A DNA stretch of 63,854 nt, counting the filler. It is 4 parts of 4 records of this genome, joined end to end, with 100 filler letters (N's around TTAATTAATTAA, not from the genome) between each part and the next. Parts side by side here need not be neighbours in the genome. Positions count along the whole stretch, not along the records: positions 30,188 to 57,727 come from SRR20825019_2221; positions 57,828 to 63,854 come from SRR20825019_2266; 2 more parts are not named here. One strand, given 5' to 3'. Position numbers and translations under genes: made by a program. The notes beneath the pieces are model-generated. The model worked only from the letters and a program-made list of their open reading frames with translations. It made no database searches and was not told the origin of the DNA. This document shows positions 53,569-63,854 of this stretch, in pieces; position 1 is the stretch's first letter, and every line of letters starts with the position of its first letter.

Positions 53569-53600
53569 TAAGCTGCCTTCCCTGTTCCCTGCGCTGCCAG

Positions 53601-54263
53601 CTATTCGGCTGACGCTGCAATCACGGTTTCGCCACCAATCATGGTTTGACCCACGCTGACCTTGGGCGCGAGTTTTTTGTCAAGGTAGATATCTGTACGG
53701 CTACCAAACCGGATAAGACCAAAACGTTCACCGCGGCCATGGTTGTCACCGATATGGAGATCACATAGAATACGGCGCGCCACAAGGCCTGCCACTTGTG
53801 CAAACGCGATGTCATGACCGTCTTCTGTGGTCATACGGATCAACTGACGTTCGTTCTCGTCGCTCGCCTCGCTTGCCGCAGCATTCAGGTATTTACCCGG
53901 CACATAAGCCATGCCCGTAATCTCGCCCGCCGCTGGCAAACGGTTCACGTGCACATTAAAGACAGAAAGAAAAATGGAGATACGCGTGCAGGGCTCGTCG
54001 CCCATGCCAAGCTCCGCAGGCGGTGCAGCTTCGGTGATCGCGCAGACAGTGCCGTCCGCAGGGCTCACGAGAATACCCGCGTCCTGGGGCACAACCCGCT
54101 CAGGGTCACGGAAGAAATAAAGACACCACGCAGTCAGAATCAACCCAACCCAACCAAGAGGTTCAGCAAGGAAAAACAAGCCTATCGATACGGCGAAAAA
54201 AATCACCACAAAGACATGCCCTTCCTTGTGGATTGGCGTCATTACTACGTCCATTGCCTTCAT
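53601..54263 (-). CDS. psd: Phosphatidylserine decarboxylase
   Basis: FFRDPER, VSPADG, FNVHVNR, IRFGSRTD cleavage motif. Confidence 0.95.
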   Translation of the reverse strand: MKAMDVVMTPIHKEGHVFVVIFFAVSIGLFFLAEPLGWVGLILTAWCLYFFRDPERVVPQDAGILVSPADGTVCAITEAAPPAELGMGDEPCTRISIFLSVFNVHVNRLPAAGEITGMAYVPGKYLNAAASEASDENERQLIRMTTEDGHDIAFAQVAGLVARRILCDLHIGDNHGRGERFGLIRFGSRTDIYLDKKLAPKVSVGQTMIGGETVIAASAE

Positions 54264-54417
54264 GTACTTGCCCTTCAGGTAACTTAAATTTGGCACACAC
54301 TGGCGATTTGCTGTGCGCCAGTCAAGTCCAAGTCAAGTCGCACGGTCTTGCGCTCGCCTTTTTTTAACATAATGCTTGCGCGTTCCCCTAACAATCGTCC
54401 AAAACGGAGGCACGGCA

Positions 54418-54432
54418 TTAACGCTTGTTTAA
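54418..54432. promoter_or_regulatory. Putative CtrA box
   Basis: TTAA cgcttgt TTAA about 65 bp upstream of the 54497 ORF. Confidence 0.5.
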
Positions 54433-54496
54433 ACAGAAAGCGCGATGCTTACATACAAAGCGGTGGCAGCTGTTGTAACGAGGGAAATGGGGCTCC

Positions 54497-54910
54497 ATGA
54501 AACTTCATGAAACGCTCGACAAGGTCCAGGGGCACCTGGATAGCCTGGAAGACCAATATTTCGATCAGATAGACTTTGAGTGGGAAGGCATTCGTTTCCA
54601 CGCGACCGCGGATGCCACAAGCGATAAAGCAGGCAAGATACAGCTATCTGCAAAGCTTGGCCGGCTTTATTTTACCGTGGAAGACGCTGCACAGCGCACC
54701 ATGGCGATTGAGCGCGTATATGCCACAAACCGGGGCATTGACGGCGCTTACCGTATTGAAAAAAATGGTGACGTCAGCTTTCAGAGCGTGACTGAAACAG
54801 ACCAGCAACTCACCGGCTCAGCCCTCATGAGCGCTCTCACGCTTATACTGCTGGAATCAGAGACCCACCTGCGAGCCCTGCGCTCGCACCTCAAGCCGGT
54901 TGAGGCCTGA
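54497..54910 (+). CDS. Hypothetical protein
   Basis: 137-aa ORF filling the gap with normal codon usage; no recognised motif. Confidence 0.7.
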   Translation: MKLHETLDKVQGHLDSLEDQYFDQIDFEWEGIRFHATADATSDKAGKIQLSAKLGRLYFTVEDAAQRTMAIERVYATNRGIDGAYRIEKNGDVSFQSVTETDQQLTGSALMSALTLILLESETHLRALRSHLKPVEA

Positions 54911-54912
54911 GA

Positions 54913-55947
54913 TTATTCTTTTTCCTGAGACGATCTGCTGGGTAGACGGAAAATCTGCCCGGGGAAAATCATGTCCGGGTCCCTGATCTGCTCGCTATTC
55001 TCCCGGAAGATAACCGTATAGCGCACGCCAGAGCCGTATAGCTGACGGGCAATTTGCCACAGCGTATTGCCCGGCTTCACAAATACACCGCCTTCAGCCA
55101 CGGAAGGGTCGATGGCCTCGCCCGCTTCAAACGGCTGTTCGATACGAAGCTGGACCTGACCATCCCCGATTGTCTGGTCAACCCGGATCATGTGCTGACC
55201 GGGTGCTAGGGTGCTACCTTCCAGTGGAATGGTCCAGCGGCCGCTGTCGCTCGCGCGCACGTTGCCAACAAACTCACCGTCCAGATAAAGCCTTACATCC
55301 ACTCGCGGCAGTGAACGGCCTGCAAAAATCGCAGCGCCACCGTCGCCATAGTCAATGGTATCAACGCTCAGGCTTTCACCTACTTCGCCAAAGGCCGCAA
55401 CACCCGGTTTCTGGAGTACCGTGCTGGCCCCGTCCCCGCTTTTGGGGGTAAGAACTGCAACCACGCCATTTTGCTCGCGCTCAATAAAGCGGCTGTCGTC
55501 ACGCTCGGGCACTGAAACCACAACAACATTGTCTGCTTCCGCGACCTTGCCGTCGCTTTTTCCAACAGCCTTGAGGTTCAATTCAACCGAGCCAGCTTCA
55601 AGCGGCTCCTGCAAAATCATTACCCATTCGCCGTCATCATTCGCGACAACTTCCGAGACTTTTTTGCCGTTAGCATACAGTTCAACACGCGCACCCGGCG
55701 CCATGCGGCCCGCGATAACACCGGTTCCCCCGCGCGAAATACGCACAAGGTCAAACTCAGGGATAAGCTCTTTCGCGACTTCCTCACCGGCAGATTGACC
55801 GGGGGCCTGCGTACTGACTTCCGGAGACGGCGGCGCCGCTTCATCGTCAAGCACGACATAAAGCACAGCCGCAAGGCCAATCGCTGCGGTTACCGCACCG
55901 ATCACTATCTTACGCATGTCATCGCTTCTGCTTTCAAGTGGGCCCAT
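54913..55947 (-). CDS. Membrane-anchored Ig-like + LysM domain protein (start may be 55917)
   Basis: FDLVRI...G..VIAGR; C-terminal VKPGNTLWQIARQLYGSG...IRDPDMIFPGQ. Confidence 0.88.
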   Translation of the reverse strand: MGPLESRSDDMRKIVIGAVTAAIGLAAVLYVVLDDEAAPPSPEVSTQAPGQSAGEEVAKELIPEFDLVRISRGGTGVIAGRMAPGARVELYANGKKVSEVVANDDGEWVMILQEPLEAGSVELNLKAVGKSDGKVAEADNVVVVSVPERDDSRFIEREQNGVVAVLTPKSGDGASTVLQKPGVAAFGEVGESLSVDTIDYGDGGAAIFAGRSLPRVDVRLYLDGEFVGNVRASDSGRWTIPLEGSTLAPGQHMIRVDQTIGDGQVQLRIEQPFEAGEAIDPSVAEGGVFVKPGNTLWQIARQLYGSGVRYTVIFRENSEQIRDPDMIFPGQIFRLPSRSSQEKE

Positions 55948-56118
55948 TTCACACCATACTAGCTGTTCAACAAAGCCTTAACAATCGGGCCTTTATAATG
56001 GAAGATGATTTTACTACAAACATGTCAAAACTTTGACCTAACTCACATCTTCTATCCCATATGTGCAAAGGATCCCATAGTGCAACCTCTCTCCAGCTCA
56101 AAGCCGGGAAAACTTTCT

Positions 56119-56697
56119 GTGATCAAGAATGTCTGTGTATATTGCGGTTCTCGCATGGGAAACCGCCCCGATTTTGAAAAACTTGCCCATGAGCTGGGGG
56201 TTTTGATTGCCAAGAATGACATGGGCCTGGTTTACGGCGCAGGCAGTATTGGCTTGATGGGTGTGGTGGCTCGTGCAGCGCGCGATGCTGGCGCCCCGGT
56301 GATTGGCATCATCCCCGAACATCTTGATGCGGTTGAAATAACCCAGGATGGCCTAACGGAACTGCACATCACCCAGAATATGCACGAACGTAAGAAGATG
56401 ATGTTTGACCGGTCAGACGCCTTTGTTGTGTTACCTGGCGGGCTTGGCACGCTGGATGAAACGCTTGAGATCATGACCTGGGCGCAACTGAGCTTGCACA
56501 AAAAGCCGATCATCCTACTTAATCATAACGACTATTGGTCACCGCTTATCGAGCTGATTGACCACGTGGTCGAGGGCGGTTTCGCGGCAAAAGAAAATGC
56601 CGAGCTTTTGCAGGTAGTGGAAACAGCAGAAGGCGCAATCGAGCTTCTGAACGCTTCATACACACCACAAGAGCCCGCTAAAACCGAACTGATCTGA
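56119..56697 (+). CDS. LOG family (TIGR00730-type) protein; start uncertain
   Basis: VCVYCGS, LVYGAG..GLMG, MHERK, PGGLGTLDE. Confidence 0.92.
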   Translation: MIKNVCVYCGSRMGNRPDFEKLAHELGVLIAKNDMGLVYGAGSIGLMGVVARAARDAGAPVIGIIPEHLDAVEITQDGLTELHITQNMHERKKMMFDRSDAFVVLPGGLGTLDETLEIMTWAQLSLHKKPIILLNHNDYWSPLIELIDHVVEGGFAAKENAELLQVVETAEGAIELLNASYTPQEPAKTELI

Positions 56698-56851
56698 CGA
56701 AAATGGGGCGAAGATGCGTCCAACACTAAAAATAGCGGACGTTCGCTCTTCAACTTATTGAATTCTGGTGATAGGGTGCGCGCAAATTCAGCGCCTATGT
56801 TGCAAGGGCGCACTATATTACCCTTTGGGACAAAACTAGTTTGAGGGACCA

Positions 56852-57727
56852 ATGAGCAAAATTACCGTAAAAAATCCGATCGTTGAAATCGACGGCGACG
56901 AAATGACCAGGATCATCTGGCAGTGGATCCGTGAACGTTTGATCCAGCCATACCTTAATGTTGATCTTCTTTATTATGATCTCTCTGTCACCAAGCGCGA
57001 TGAAACCGATGACCAGATCACCGTTGACGCAGCCAATGCCATCAAAGAACATGGCGTAGGTGTAAAATGTGCGACGATCACACCGGACGAGCAGCGCGTT
57101 GAGGAATTTGACCTCAAGAAAATGTGGCGTAGCCCGAACGGCACGATCCGTAACATTCTCGGCGGGACCGTGTTCCGTGAGCCGATCATCATGAAAAACG
57201 TACCTCGCCTCGTTCCAGGCTGGACCAAACCGATCGTTATCGGTCGTCATGCTTTTGGTGACCAGTACCGTGCGACAGACTTCCTTGTTCCCGGCGCCGG
57301 TAAACTCACCATGAAGTTTGAGCCATCAGACGGTGGTGCTGCGATTGAACGTGAAGTTTACGAGTTTGAAGAAGCTGGCGTTGCCATGGGCATGTATAAC
57401 GTGGATGCCAGCATCCGCGATTTCGCCCGCGCCTGCATGAACTACGGCCTCAACCGCCAGTGGCCGGTTTACCTTTCCACAAAGAACACGATTTTGAAGG
57501 CCTATGATGGCCGCTTCAAAGACCTGTTCATGGAAGTGTATGAAAACGAATTTGCTGACAAGTTCAAGGACGCCGGCATCACATACGAACACCGCCTGAT
57601 CGATGATATGGTTGCGTGCGCGATGAAATGGGCTGGTGGTTTTGTTTGGGCCTGTAAGAACTATGACGGTGACGTGCAATCTGACACCGTGGCCCAAGGC
57701 TTTGGCTCGCTTGGTCTGATGACCTCG
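56852..57727 (+). CDS. icd: NADP-dependent isocitrate dehydrogenase (truncated)
   Basis: [37 protein letters not shown]. Confidence 0.97.
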
Positions 57728-57827
57728 NNNNNNNNNNNNNNNNNNNNNNNNNNNNNNNNNNNNNNNNNNNNTTAATTAATTAANNNNNNNNNNNNNNNNN
57801 NNNNNNNNNNNNNNNNNNNNNNNNNNN
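57728..57827. other. Artificial contig linker
   Basis: Same N + TTAATTAATTAA + N spacer. Confidence 0.98.
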
Positions 57828-58248
57828 GCTGATGCATATGCAGGGCGAACCGGGCACGATGCAGGAAAACCCGCAATATGATTGTGCGGTTCTGGATGTG
57901 TATGACTATCTGCTGGACCGGATCGAAAGTTGCGAACGGGCTGGGATTGCGCGCGATCGTATCTGTGTCGATCCGGGCATTGGTTTTGGCAAGTCGCTGT
58001 CGCACAATCTGGAACTGCTATCACGTCTGGCGATTTTCCATGGGTTGGGCTGCCCGGTGTTGCTGGGCACGTCGCGCAAATCATTTATTGGCAAGATTGA
58101 TCCGGCAGCATCCCCGAAAGAGCGGCTGGGCGGATCGATTGCATCGGCGGTCAATGGATGGCGGCACGGTGTTCAGATGATCCGGGTGCATGATGTTCAT
58201 GACACGGTTCAGTCGATTTCGGTCGCGACTGCGACATCGATGGTATAG
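57828..58248 (+). CDS. folP: Dihydropteroate synthase (C-terminal fragment)
   Basis: MHMQG.P.TMQ, DPGIGFGK, GTSRKSFIG, RVHDV. Confidence 0.96.
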
Positions 58249-58509
58249 CCATTTTCGACTATCAATCTATGGATGTATAGGTTGACCGGTTTGAACAACG
58301 AATTATAAAAGGCCCGCCGTTCTGGTGCATTTTCGGGTGCCAGAATTGCGGGTCTTTTTTGGTCCGGTGAATCTGGCAATTTCTGACAGATCGTGCTTGG
58401 GGCTTGCGGATTTTACCCAATCGCCACATACCATTAAAGATAAAGAGAATTGCGATCAGGAAGATCGCGCAAATGGTTGGTTTCGTGCAAACAGCGAAGG
58501 CGAAGTTGA

Positions 58510-59295
58510 ATGAATGGATACAGCGCGCACGCGCGCGTTGAACAGCCGGAAAAGGCTGCGGGTCAGGAAACGATGGCGACTTGTGTTTTCGTGGTCGAGG
58601 ACAATGCCGATCTTAATCGGGATTTGTGCGAATACCTCGAGATGTGCGGTTTTGATGTTGTCGGTTGTGAAACTGGCGCAGCGTTTCATCGCGCGCTGAA
58701 ATCCAAAACACCTGCGGCGATCATTTTCGATATCATGCTGCCGGATGCCGATGGCTATGAATTGGCCAAATATGCGCGCGCCAACCTTGATTGCGGCATC
58801 ATGATGCTGACATCCCTTGCGGGGATGGATCATCATCTTACGGGGTATAAATCCGGTGCGGATGTTTACCTGACGAAAGACAGCCCGCTTTCGGTGATCG
58901 AGGCGGCCTTGCGCCCGTTGTTGCGCCGGGTTGGCAAAAAAGATGACGATGCGGTTGAAGACCCGGAAAAAGACGGGACCTGGACCCTTGATATGCTGAA
59001 CTGGACGCTGAGCAATTCGAGCGGCGGTTCTTCGACTTTGACCGCGACGGAACGCACCATCGTGCAATTGCTGGTCGAAGCAAACGGGGCGTGGCTGACA
59101 CGCCCGGAAATCGTCATGGCGCTGGGCAAGGCCGATACGGCCGAAAATTGCCGTAACCTTGATACGGCGATCCGGCGCGTTCGTCAGAAAGTCCTGCGCG
59201 AAACGGGCGATGAATTGCCGGTTCGGACCGCATATGGGCGGGGCTATGCCTTTACTTCGCCCGGTATCATTTTGGGTGCTGGCGAAACCGCCTGA
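58510..59295 (+). CDS. OmpR-family response regulator (start may be 58573)
   Basis: VVEDN, FDIMLPDADG, GADVYLTK; winged helix LDTAIRRVRQK...RTAYGRGY. Confidence 0.9.
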   Translation: MNGYSAHARVEQPEKAAGQETMATCVFVVEDNADLNRDLCEYLEMCGFDVVGCETGAAFHRALKSKTPAAIIFDIMLPDADGYELAKYARANLDCGIMMLTSLAGMDHHLTGYKSGADVYLTKDSPLSVIEAALRPLLRRVGKKDDDAVEDPEKDGTWTLDMLNWTLSNSSGGSSTLTATERTIVQLLVEANGAWLTRPEIVMALGKADTAENCRNLDTAIRRVRQKVLRETGDELPVRTAYGRGYAFTSPGIILGAGETA

Positions 59296-59310
59296 TTGAC
59301 TGTTATCCGT

Positions 59311-61302
59311 TCAGATGTCGAACGACCCGGTGCTGTCTTCGCATGGCAGCAACAGGCATAGCTCGATCCCGTCGGTGCCCTTGTCACGCAATTTGATTGA
59401 TCCGCCATGTGCATCAACGATGCGCTGCGAGATATGAAGCCCCAGCGCATTCTGCATTGCGGTTGGCCCGATATCCTGGCGGAAGAGGGCGTCACTGATG
59501 CGCAGAATTTCCTGGCTGTTCAAATCTTTGCCGTGGCAGGGAATATCGATTTCCACCAGCCATTCGCCATTGCGACGGACGGTGATATGGATTGGAGCTC
59601 CTTGAGCGTAGCGCCGTGCGGTTTCAATCAGGTTGGTGATCGCAAGCCCGACCAGTGTGGCATCGACATAGGTTTCAAGCTGTTCGGTTCCGACGCATTC
59701 CAGAGTGATTTCGGCATCGGCGCGCGATGTATCTGCGACAAAGTCCGTCAGCAGACGATTGACCGGCACCAGTTCGCAGGCCAGCGCAAAGTCACCGTCA
59801 TCGATGCCATCCTTGTTGAGGAAAATATCCACCAGACGCGATAGTTTGCGTGCCTGATCCTGAATGCGCTGCAGGCGGTCGGTGACGTCGCTGCGGGCAT
59901 CGCGCAGCCGAAGCAGCAGCATTTCGGAAGACCGTTGAATAACCGCAAGCGGTGTGCGGAATTCGTGCGAGAGCATGGAAATCAGTTTTCGCTGTTCCCC
60001 GACAAGCGAGGTTGTTGCCGCGGTGACCCTGAGCATGTTCATGCGTTCCTTTTCGATCTGCGAAAGGCGGAACCCCATGAGGATGCCCATCGCGCACATA
60101 TGGAAAAACAGCGTGAACTGATGCAAGCCAAGCCGGAACGGCGTGGCGGCAATCAATCCGGCATGGGTCAGTTGCAACAGCACGGCCCCGCCGATCGGGA
60201 TCACAATGACAACCAGATAGATCCACAAAAGCCACTGCCTTGGTGCCCGGATGATCCGGTAGGCAACAATCAGGGACAGTGTCGTGAGTAACGCGGCATG
60301 CAGCGGCACGACATATGTGCCGTAAAGCGCATAAAAATCGGTGGTCACGGTTAGAGCGCAGGCAACCGAAAGCCCGCAATAGACTTTAGCGATCCGCGCG
60401 ATCACAACATTCTGTTTGCCAAGATCAAGAATATAGAACCAGAGAAAAATGGAGGCAGCCGAGCCGACGACATTGGTCACCCCGACAATCAGGTCATTGG
60501 CATAGGGCCATTCGGGTTGAATGACCGCGAGCACAAGCCCGTTGACCGCGGATGCCAGTGTGCCAATCAAAATAACGCAGACACCATATGTCGCAATCGC
60601 ACGATCCCGGACGAGAGAGCCCAGAACCGTGTAAACCACGCCGAGCATCAGGATGACACCGAAATAGATGCTCATTGCCCCGTCGCGGAGCGTCAGACTG
60701 GAAATAAGCTGATCGGTTGGCCAAAGTTTGGCGATCAATAACTGGGTGCTGTTCGATTTGGTGCGGATGAAAAGAGTATAATCACCCGGTTCGAGTGGCG
60801 GGAAGCGGTCGACATGCTGACTGCCGCGGGTGGGGCGCAGGCCTGCCGGGACATGATCGCCCATATGGCTTTGCCACAGATGGCGCGATGTTCCCTGCCT
60901 GATCAGATAAGCATCGATGAAATTCATGTAGTTTGGCTGAATTTCAAGTTGCAGGGATTGTGTCTGGCCCTGCGGAACAGACAGTTGCAGCCGGTACCAG
61001 ACGCTATCGCCCGTATAGCCAAAACTTGGCACGCCGGTACTTGGGGTGAAATCATCGATTGGCAGGTTCAAAACGTCATTGAGTGTCAGATCGTTTGTCC
61101 GGTCTTCAAGCCACAGAACGTGATCATGCAAATTCACAGGGGCCGCGATGTCCGGCAGAAGGGTCAGTTTGCCGACTTCCGTTGCCGTTGCCGTTGCCGT
61201 TGCTGTGGCCGGGGACAGCGGGGCCGTGACCGACAGCATGGTCAGTAGCGCCAGCAGGAGCCGGAAACAGAAAAGCATCGGTCTGTTTTTCGGATGGCTC
61301 AT
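59311..61302 (-). CDS. 7TM-DISM-type sensor histidine kinase with degenerate ATPase domain
   Basis: WLED, SFGYT...WYRL periplasmic domain; 7 TMs; H-box SHEFRTPL; altered N, G1 and G2 boxes. Confidence 0.85.
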   Translation of the reverse strand: MSHPKNRPMLFCFRLLLALLTMLSVTAPLSPATATATATATEVGKLTLLPDIAAPVNLHDHVLWLEDRTNDLTLNDVLNLPIDDFTPSTGVPSFGYTGDSVWYRLQLSVPQGQTQSLQLEIQPNYMNFIDAYLIRQGTSRHLWQSHMGDHVPAGLRPTRGSQHVDRFPPLEPGDYTLFIRTKSNSTQLLIAKLWPTDQLISSLTLRDGAMSIYFGVILMLGVVYTVLGSLVRDRAIATYGVCVILIGTLASAVNGLVLAVIQPEWPYANDLIVGVTNVVGSAASIFLWFYILDLGKQNVVIARIAKVYCGLSVACALTVTTDFYALYGTYVVPLHAALLTTLSLIVAYRIIRAPRQWLLWIYLVVIVIPIGGAVLLQLTHAGLIAATPFRLGLHQFTLFFHMCAMGILMGFRLSQIEKERMNMLRVTAATTSLVGEQRKLISMLSHEFRTPLAVIQRSSEMLLLRLRDARSDVTDRLQRIQDQARKLSRLVDIFLNKDGIDDGDFALACELVPVNRLLTDFVADTSRADAEITLECVGTEQLETYVDATLVGLAITNLIETARRYAQGAPIHITVRRNGEWLVEIDIPCHGKDLNSQEILRISDALFRQDIGPTAMQNALGLHISQRIVDAHGGSIKLRDKGTDGIELCLLLPCEDSTGSFDI
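61181..61210. repeat. In-frame hexamer tandem repeat (GTTGCC)n encoding poly(Ala-Thr)
   Basis: GTTGCC x3, GTTGCT, GTGGCC. Confidence 0.8.
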
Positions 61303-63350
61303 GACGCATTTTCCGGGTCGGAGGCAGGTACCGTCGGGGGATCAAGATTGGCGGTGCGCGCCGCTTCAATGTTGTTTTTGGTCAGTTCGCGGTCATAGGG
61401 CAGGCGGATCAGGATGGTGGTGCCACCGTTTTCGCCGACGCTGACTGTCATGCGACCCATATGCCCGATGATGATCCGGTTGGTGATATGCAGACCCAGA
61501 CCGACGCCATGGGTGCTGCCCGATCTGTTGCCACGGTAAAATGCGTCGGCAACAAGCGACAGATCATCGGGCGAAATTCCCGGCCCATTGTCGGTGACGC
61601 GGATATAGACATTTCCATCGCTGCGGTGGGTGAATCCGATGCGAACACTGGCATCCGGGGCATATTTAAGCGCGTTTTCAATCAGATTGCATATCGCGCG
61701 TTCGATCAGGGTTCTGTCGATGCTTGCGACGGTAAAATCCACCTCTTCCAGCTCAATGTCATGATCGGGCGTCTCGCGCTGACGTCGGAGGACAAGGTCG
61801 CGCAGGAACGGTGCCAGAACGGTTGGTCTGGGGGAAATACGGAAATTGGTGCTATCAAGTGTTTCCTTTGTCAGGAACACATTCACCAGTTCAGACAGTT
61901 GGGTCGCATTTCTGCGAATGGTTGCGATCCGGCTGGTTATGGCTTCCGGGGCGTCGCGAACATGAAGCGAAACCATTTCGGCGGCGCGCTGTATAATCGC
62001 CAGTGGTGTTCGGAATTCATGGGATAGCATGGTGATGAATTCGCGCTGCTCGTCGGCGAGCTGATTGGCGCGCGTGCTGTTTTGAACGGCTGTGACGCGC
62101 TGGCTGGCAAGTGCGTATGTTCGGCCTGCCATGGCAATGCCGAGCAATAGCAGGTGCACAAGTGATGCCACCTGATAGCAGTTGCTGGTAAATCTGTTGG
62201 CCGGAACAAGGCCCATCAGCATCAGCAGATGCACGATAGCCGCAGCGGCGGGCAATCCCAATGCGACGAAATAGATCCGAAGCTTTCGCGCATCGGGCTT
62301 GGTCGCACCAAAATAGAACAGATAGCCATAGAGGATCAGCAGCACACCGATATGGAACAGGAAAAAGCTGCGCGCAAAATGGATGTACAGGTCGCTGACC
62401 GATGTCAGGGAACACAGGCTTGCAAGTGCCGCGTAAACCGCAAGAGCGGTGAATACGGTGCGCTTGTATTTGTCCAGTTCAATGATGTAGGCCCACATCA
62501 TCACACTGGTCGCAAGCGAGAAGGCCGTGCCGGCACCGGTGATGGCATCACTGGCAAATTGCCATGTGCCGGACAGAAGAAGCTGGGCATAGCCAGAAAT
62601 GCCCGCCGTTCCGGCAAACAGGGCCAGAACATAAAGCCCGTACCAGACAATCGCCCGGTCGCGGATCAGCAGACCCAGCGTGAAATAGACCATGAAGCCG
62701 ATTAAAAGGATGCCAAGATAAAGCCCGTACAGAAACGTATCCTGCACGTTTTCGGTGATCAGGGATGTATCGGATTTTATAGACGCATTCAAAAGCTGGG
62801 CGCTGTTGCTTGAAACGCCGATCACCAGCCAGTATTTTCCTGCCGGAAGGTTGGGCCATTCGCTTAGATGCTGGCGACCCCGGGCTTCGGATGGGTTCGG
62901 GGGGATATGATCCCCAACGACATCGTTCCAGACGGTTATCCGTGTATCGGCATCAAGGATCGCAAGCCTTATCCGGTTCAGATAAGGCGGTGAAATTTCA
63001 AGATAGCGTTTGAGTTCAAGCGGTTTTTCACCGTCTTTTGTGACAAGAATCTGCATCCGGTACCAGACGGCTTCAAGCGTGTAACCGGGGCCGGTTGATC
63101 CCATAAGCGGTGTGAAATTGTCTGCCGGGAGCATGGCGACATCGGCGGCTGTTCGAACCTGCCGTTTGGTTGACAGACGTTCGATCAGCGGTGCGAGGTC
63201 AATATCATCCTGATCGGCGGAATAGGATCCGATGACAAGTTCAAGAGGGCCCATATTGGCAAGGGCAGGGCGGGTCATGAAAATCATCGCGATGATGACC
63301 TGCACTATGATCCCTGTGATATAACCCTTGCGGCAACCGGTTTTCCGCAA
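61299..63350 (-). CDS. 7TM-DISM-type sensor histidine kinase, canonical
   Basis: GYT..AVWYR periplasmic domain, 7 TMs, SHEFRTPL, NLIENALKY, DNGPG, FYRG, GVGLGL. Confidence 0.9.
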   Translation of the reverse strand: MRKTGCRKGYITGIIVQVIIAMIFMTRPALANMGPLELVIGSYSADQDDIDLAPLIERLSTKRQVRTAADVAMLPADNFTPLMGSTGPGYTLEAVWYRMQILVTKDGEKPLELKRYLEISPPYLNRIRLAILDADTRITVWNDVVGDHIPPNPSEARGRQHLSEWPNLPAGKYWLVIGVSSNSAQLLNASIKSDTSLITENVQDTFLYGLYLGILLIGFMVYFTLGLLIRDRAIVWYGLYVLALFAGTAGISGYAQLLLSGTWQFASDAITGAGTAFSLATSVMMWAYIIELDKYKRTVFTALAVYAALASLCSLTSVSDLYIHFARSFFLFHIGVLLILYGYLFYFGATKPDARKLRIYFVALGLPAAAAIVHLLMLMGLVPANRFTSNCYQVASLVHLLLLGIAMAGRTYALASQRVTAVQNSTRANQLADEQREFITMLSHEFRTPLAIIQRAAEMVSLHVRDAPEAITSRIATIRRNATQLSELVNVFLTKETLDSTNFRISPRPTVLAPFLRDLVLRRQRETPDHDIELEEVDFTVASIDRTLIERAICNLIENALKYAPDASVRIGFTHRSDGNVYIRVTDNGPGISPDDLSLVADAFYRGNRSGSTHGVGLGLHITNRIIIGHMGRMTVSVGENGGTTILIRLPYDRELTKNNIEAARTANLDPPTVPASDPENAS

Positions 63351-63584
63351 AATGCCCCCGATTTCGGAATATTCAAACGCTTCGTATCCTAGATACCGGG
63401 TTTTAAAAGCAAGGTCATGGCTTTTATAAGCGAAGGGTAAAGGACGCGATTAACGGATCGGTTGCTTATGAGAGGTATAATCGGTCACTTGCCGGTAGCA
63501 TTGCGCGGACACTTTGATATAACCGGCAGTCAGGAAAAATAACCCGCACGCCGATGTGCCGGGATGGAAGCAGAGAAGACGAGC

Positions 63585-63854
63585 ATGAGCCGTAAATATT
63601 TCGGGACCGACGGTATTCGCGGAACCGCCAACACCGCCCCCATGACAGCCGAAGTTGCGCTTAAGGTCGGGATGGCCGCTGGCCATTATTTCACCCGTGG
63701 CGATCATCGTCATCGTGTGGTGATTGGCAAGGATACCCGTCTGTCGGGCTATATGCTTGAACCGGCCCTTGTTGCCGGTTTTACGTCGATGGGGATGGAT
63801 GTGATGCTGGTCGGGCCGATGCCGACCCCGGCCGTTGCCATGCTGACCAAATCG
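63585..63854 (+). CDS. glmM: Phosphoglucosamine mutase (N-terminal part; absent from the ORF track)
   Basis: [37 protein letters not shown]. Confidence 0.95.
   Translation, partial: MSRKYFGTDGIRGTANTAPMTAEVALKVGMAAGHYFTRGDHRHRVVIGKDTRLSGYMLEPALVAGFTSMGMDVMLVGPMPTPAVAMLTKS

Noticed and set aside
54320-54340. Short CAAGT tandem repeat upstream of psd
   Set aside because: Only three to four imperfect units, with no supportable function

Overview
The window is four unrelated contigs joined by artificial N-TTAATTAATTAA-N linkers (22089-22188, 30088-30187, 57728-57827). Contig 1 (1-22088) is GC-rich alphaproteobacterial DNA, tentatively Rhodospirillales-like. It carries a polyamine-type ABC transporter, an MFS transporter, a chemoreceptor with a divergent stand-alone periplasmic sensor, an acyl-CoA/CoA-transferase catabolic cluster, msrB, a GT4 glycosyltransferase, arsC, a PaaG-like enzyme and partial typA. 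Contig 2 (22189-30087) is eukaryotic, with short GT-AG introns. By hand I reconstructed a 6-exon short-chain rubrerythrin with a mitochondrial-type presequence, a roughly 20-exon ankyrin-PH-SAM-like-NEK-type kinase, and a 4-exon ELO fatty-acid elongase, plus very GC-rich intergenic blocks. Contig 3 (30188-57727) is a second alphaproteobacterium with uvrA, trmFO, guaB, rlmE, a ppx-family gene, pssA, psd and icd. Its accessory features are a membrane-bound LytTR one-component regulator with a 21-bp-period operator, a divergent avidin-family protein, tandem PAS genes, an unannotated 57-aa membrane peptide behind two LexA boxes, and an adjacent structured RNA candidate. Contig 4 (57828-63854) has a response regulator and two 7TM-DISM-type histidine kinases between folP and glmM; one kinase has a degenerate ATPase domain. 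All calls come from motif reading, with no database searches. No CRISPR array, tRNA, rRNA or transposase was seen.
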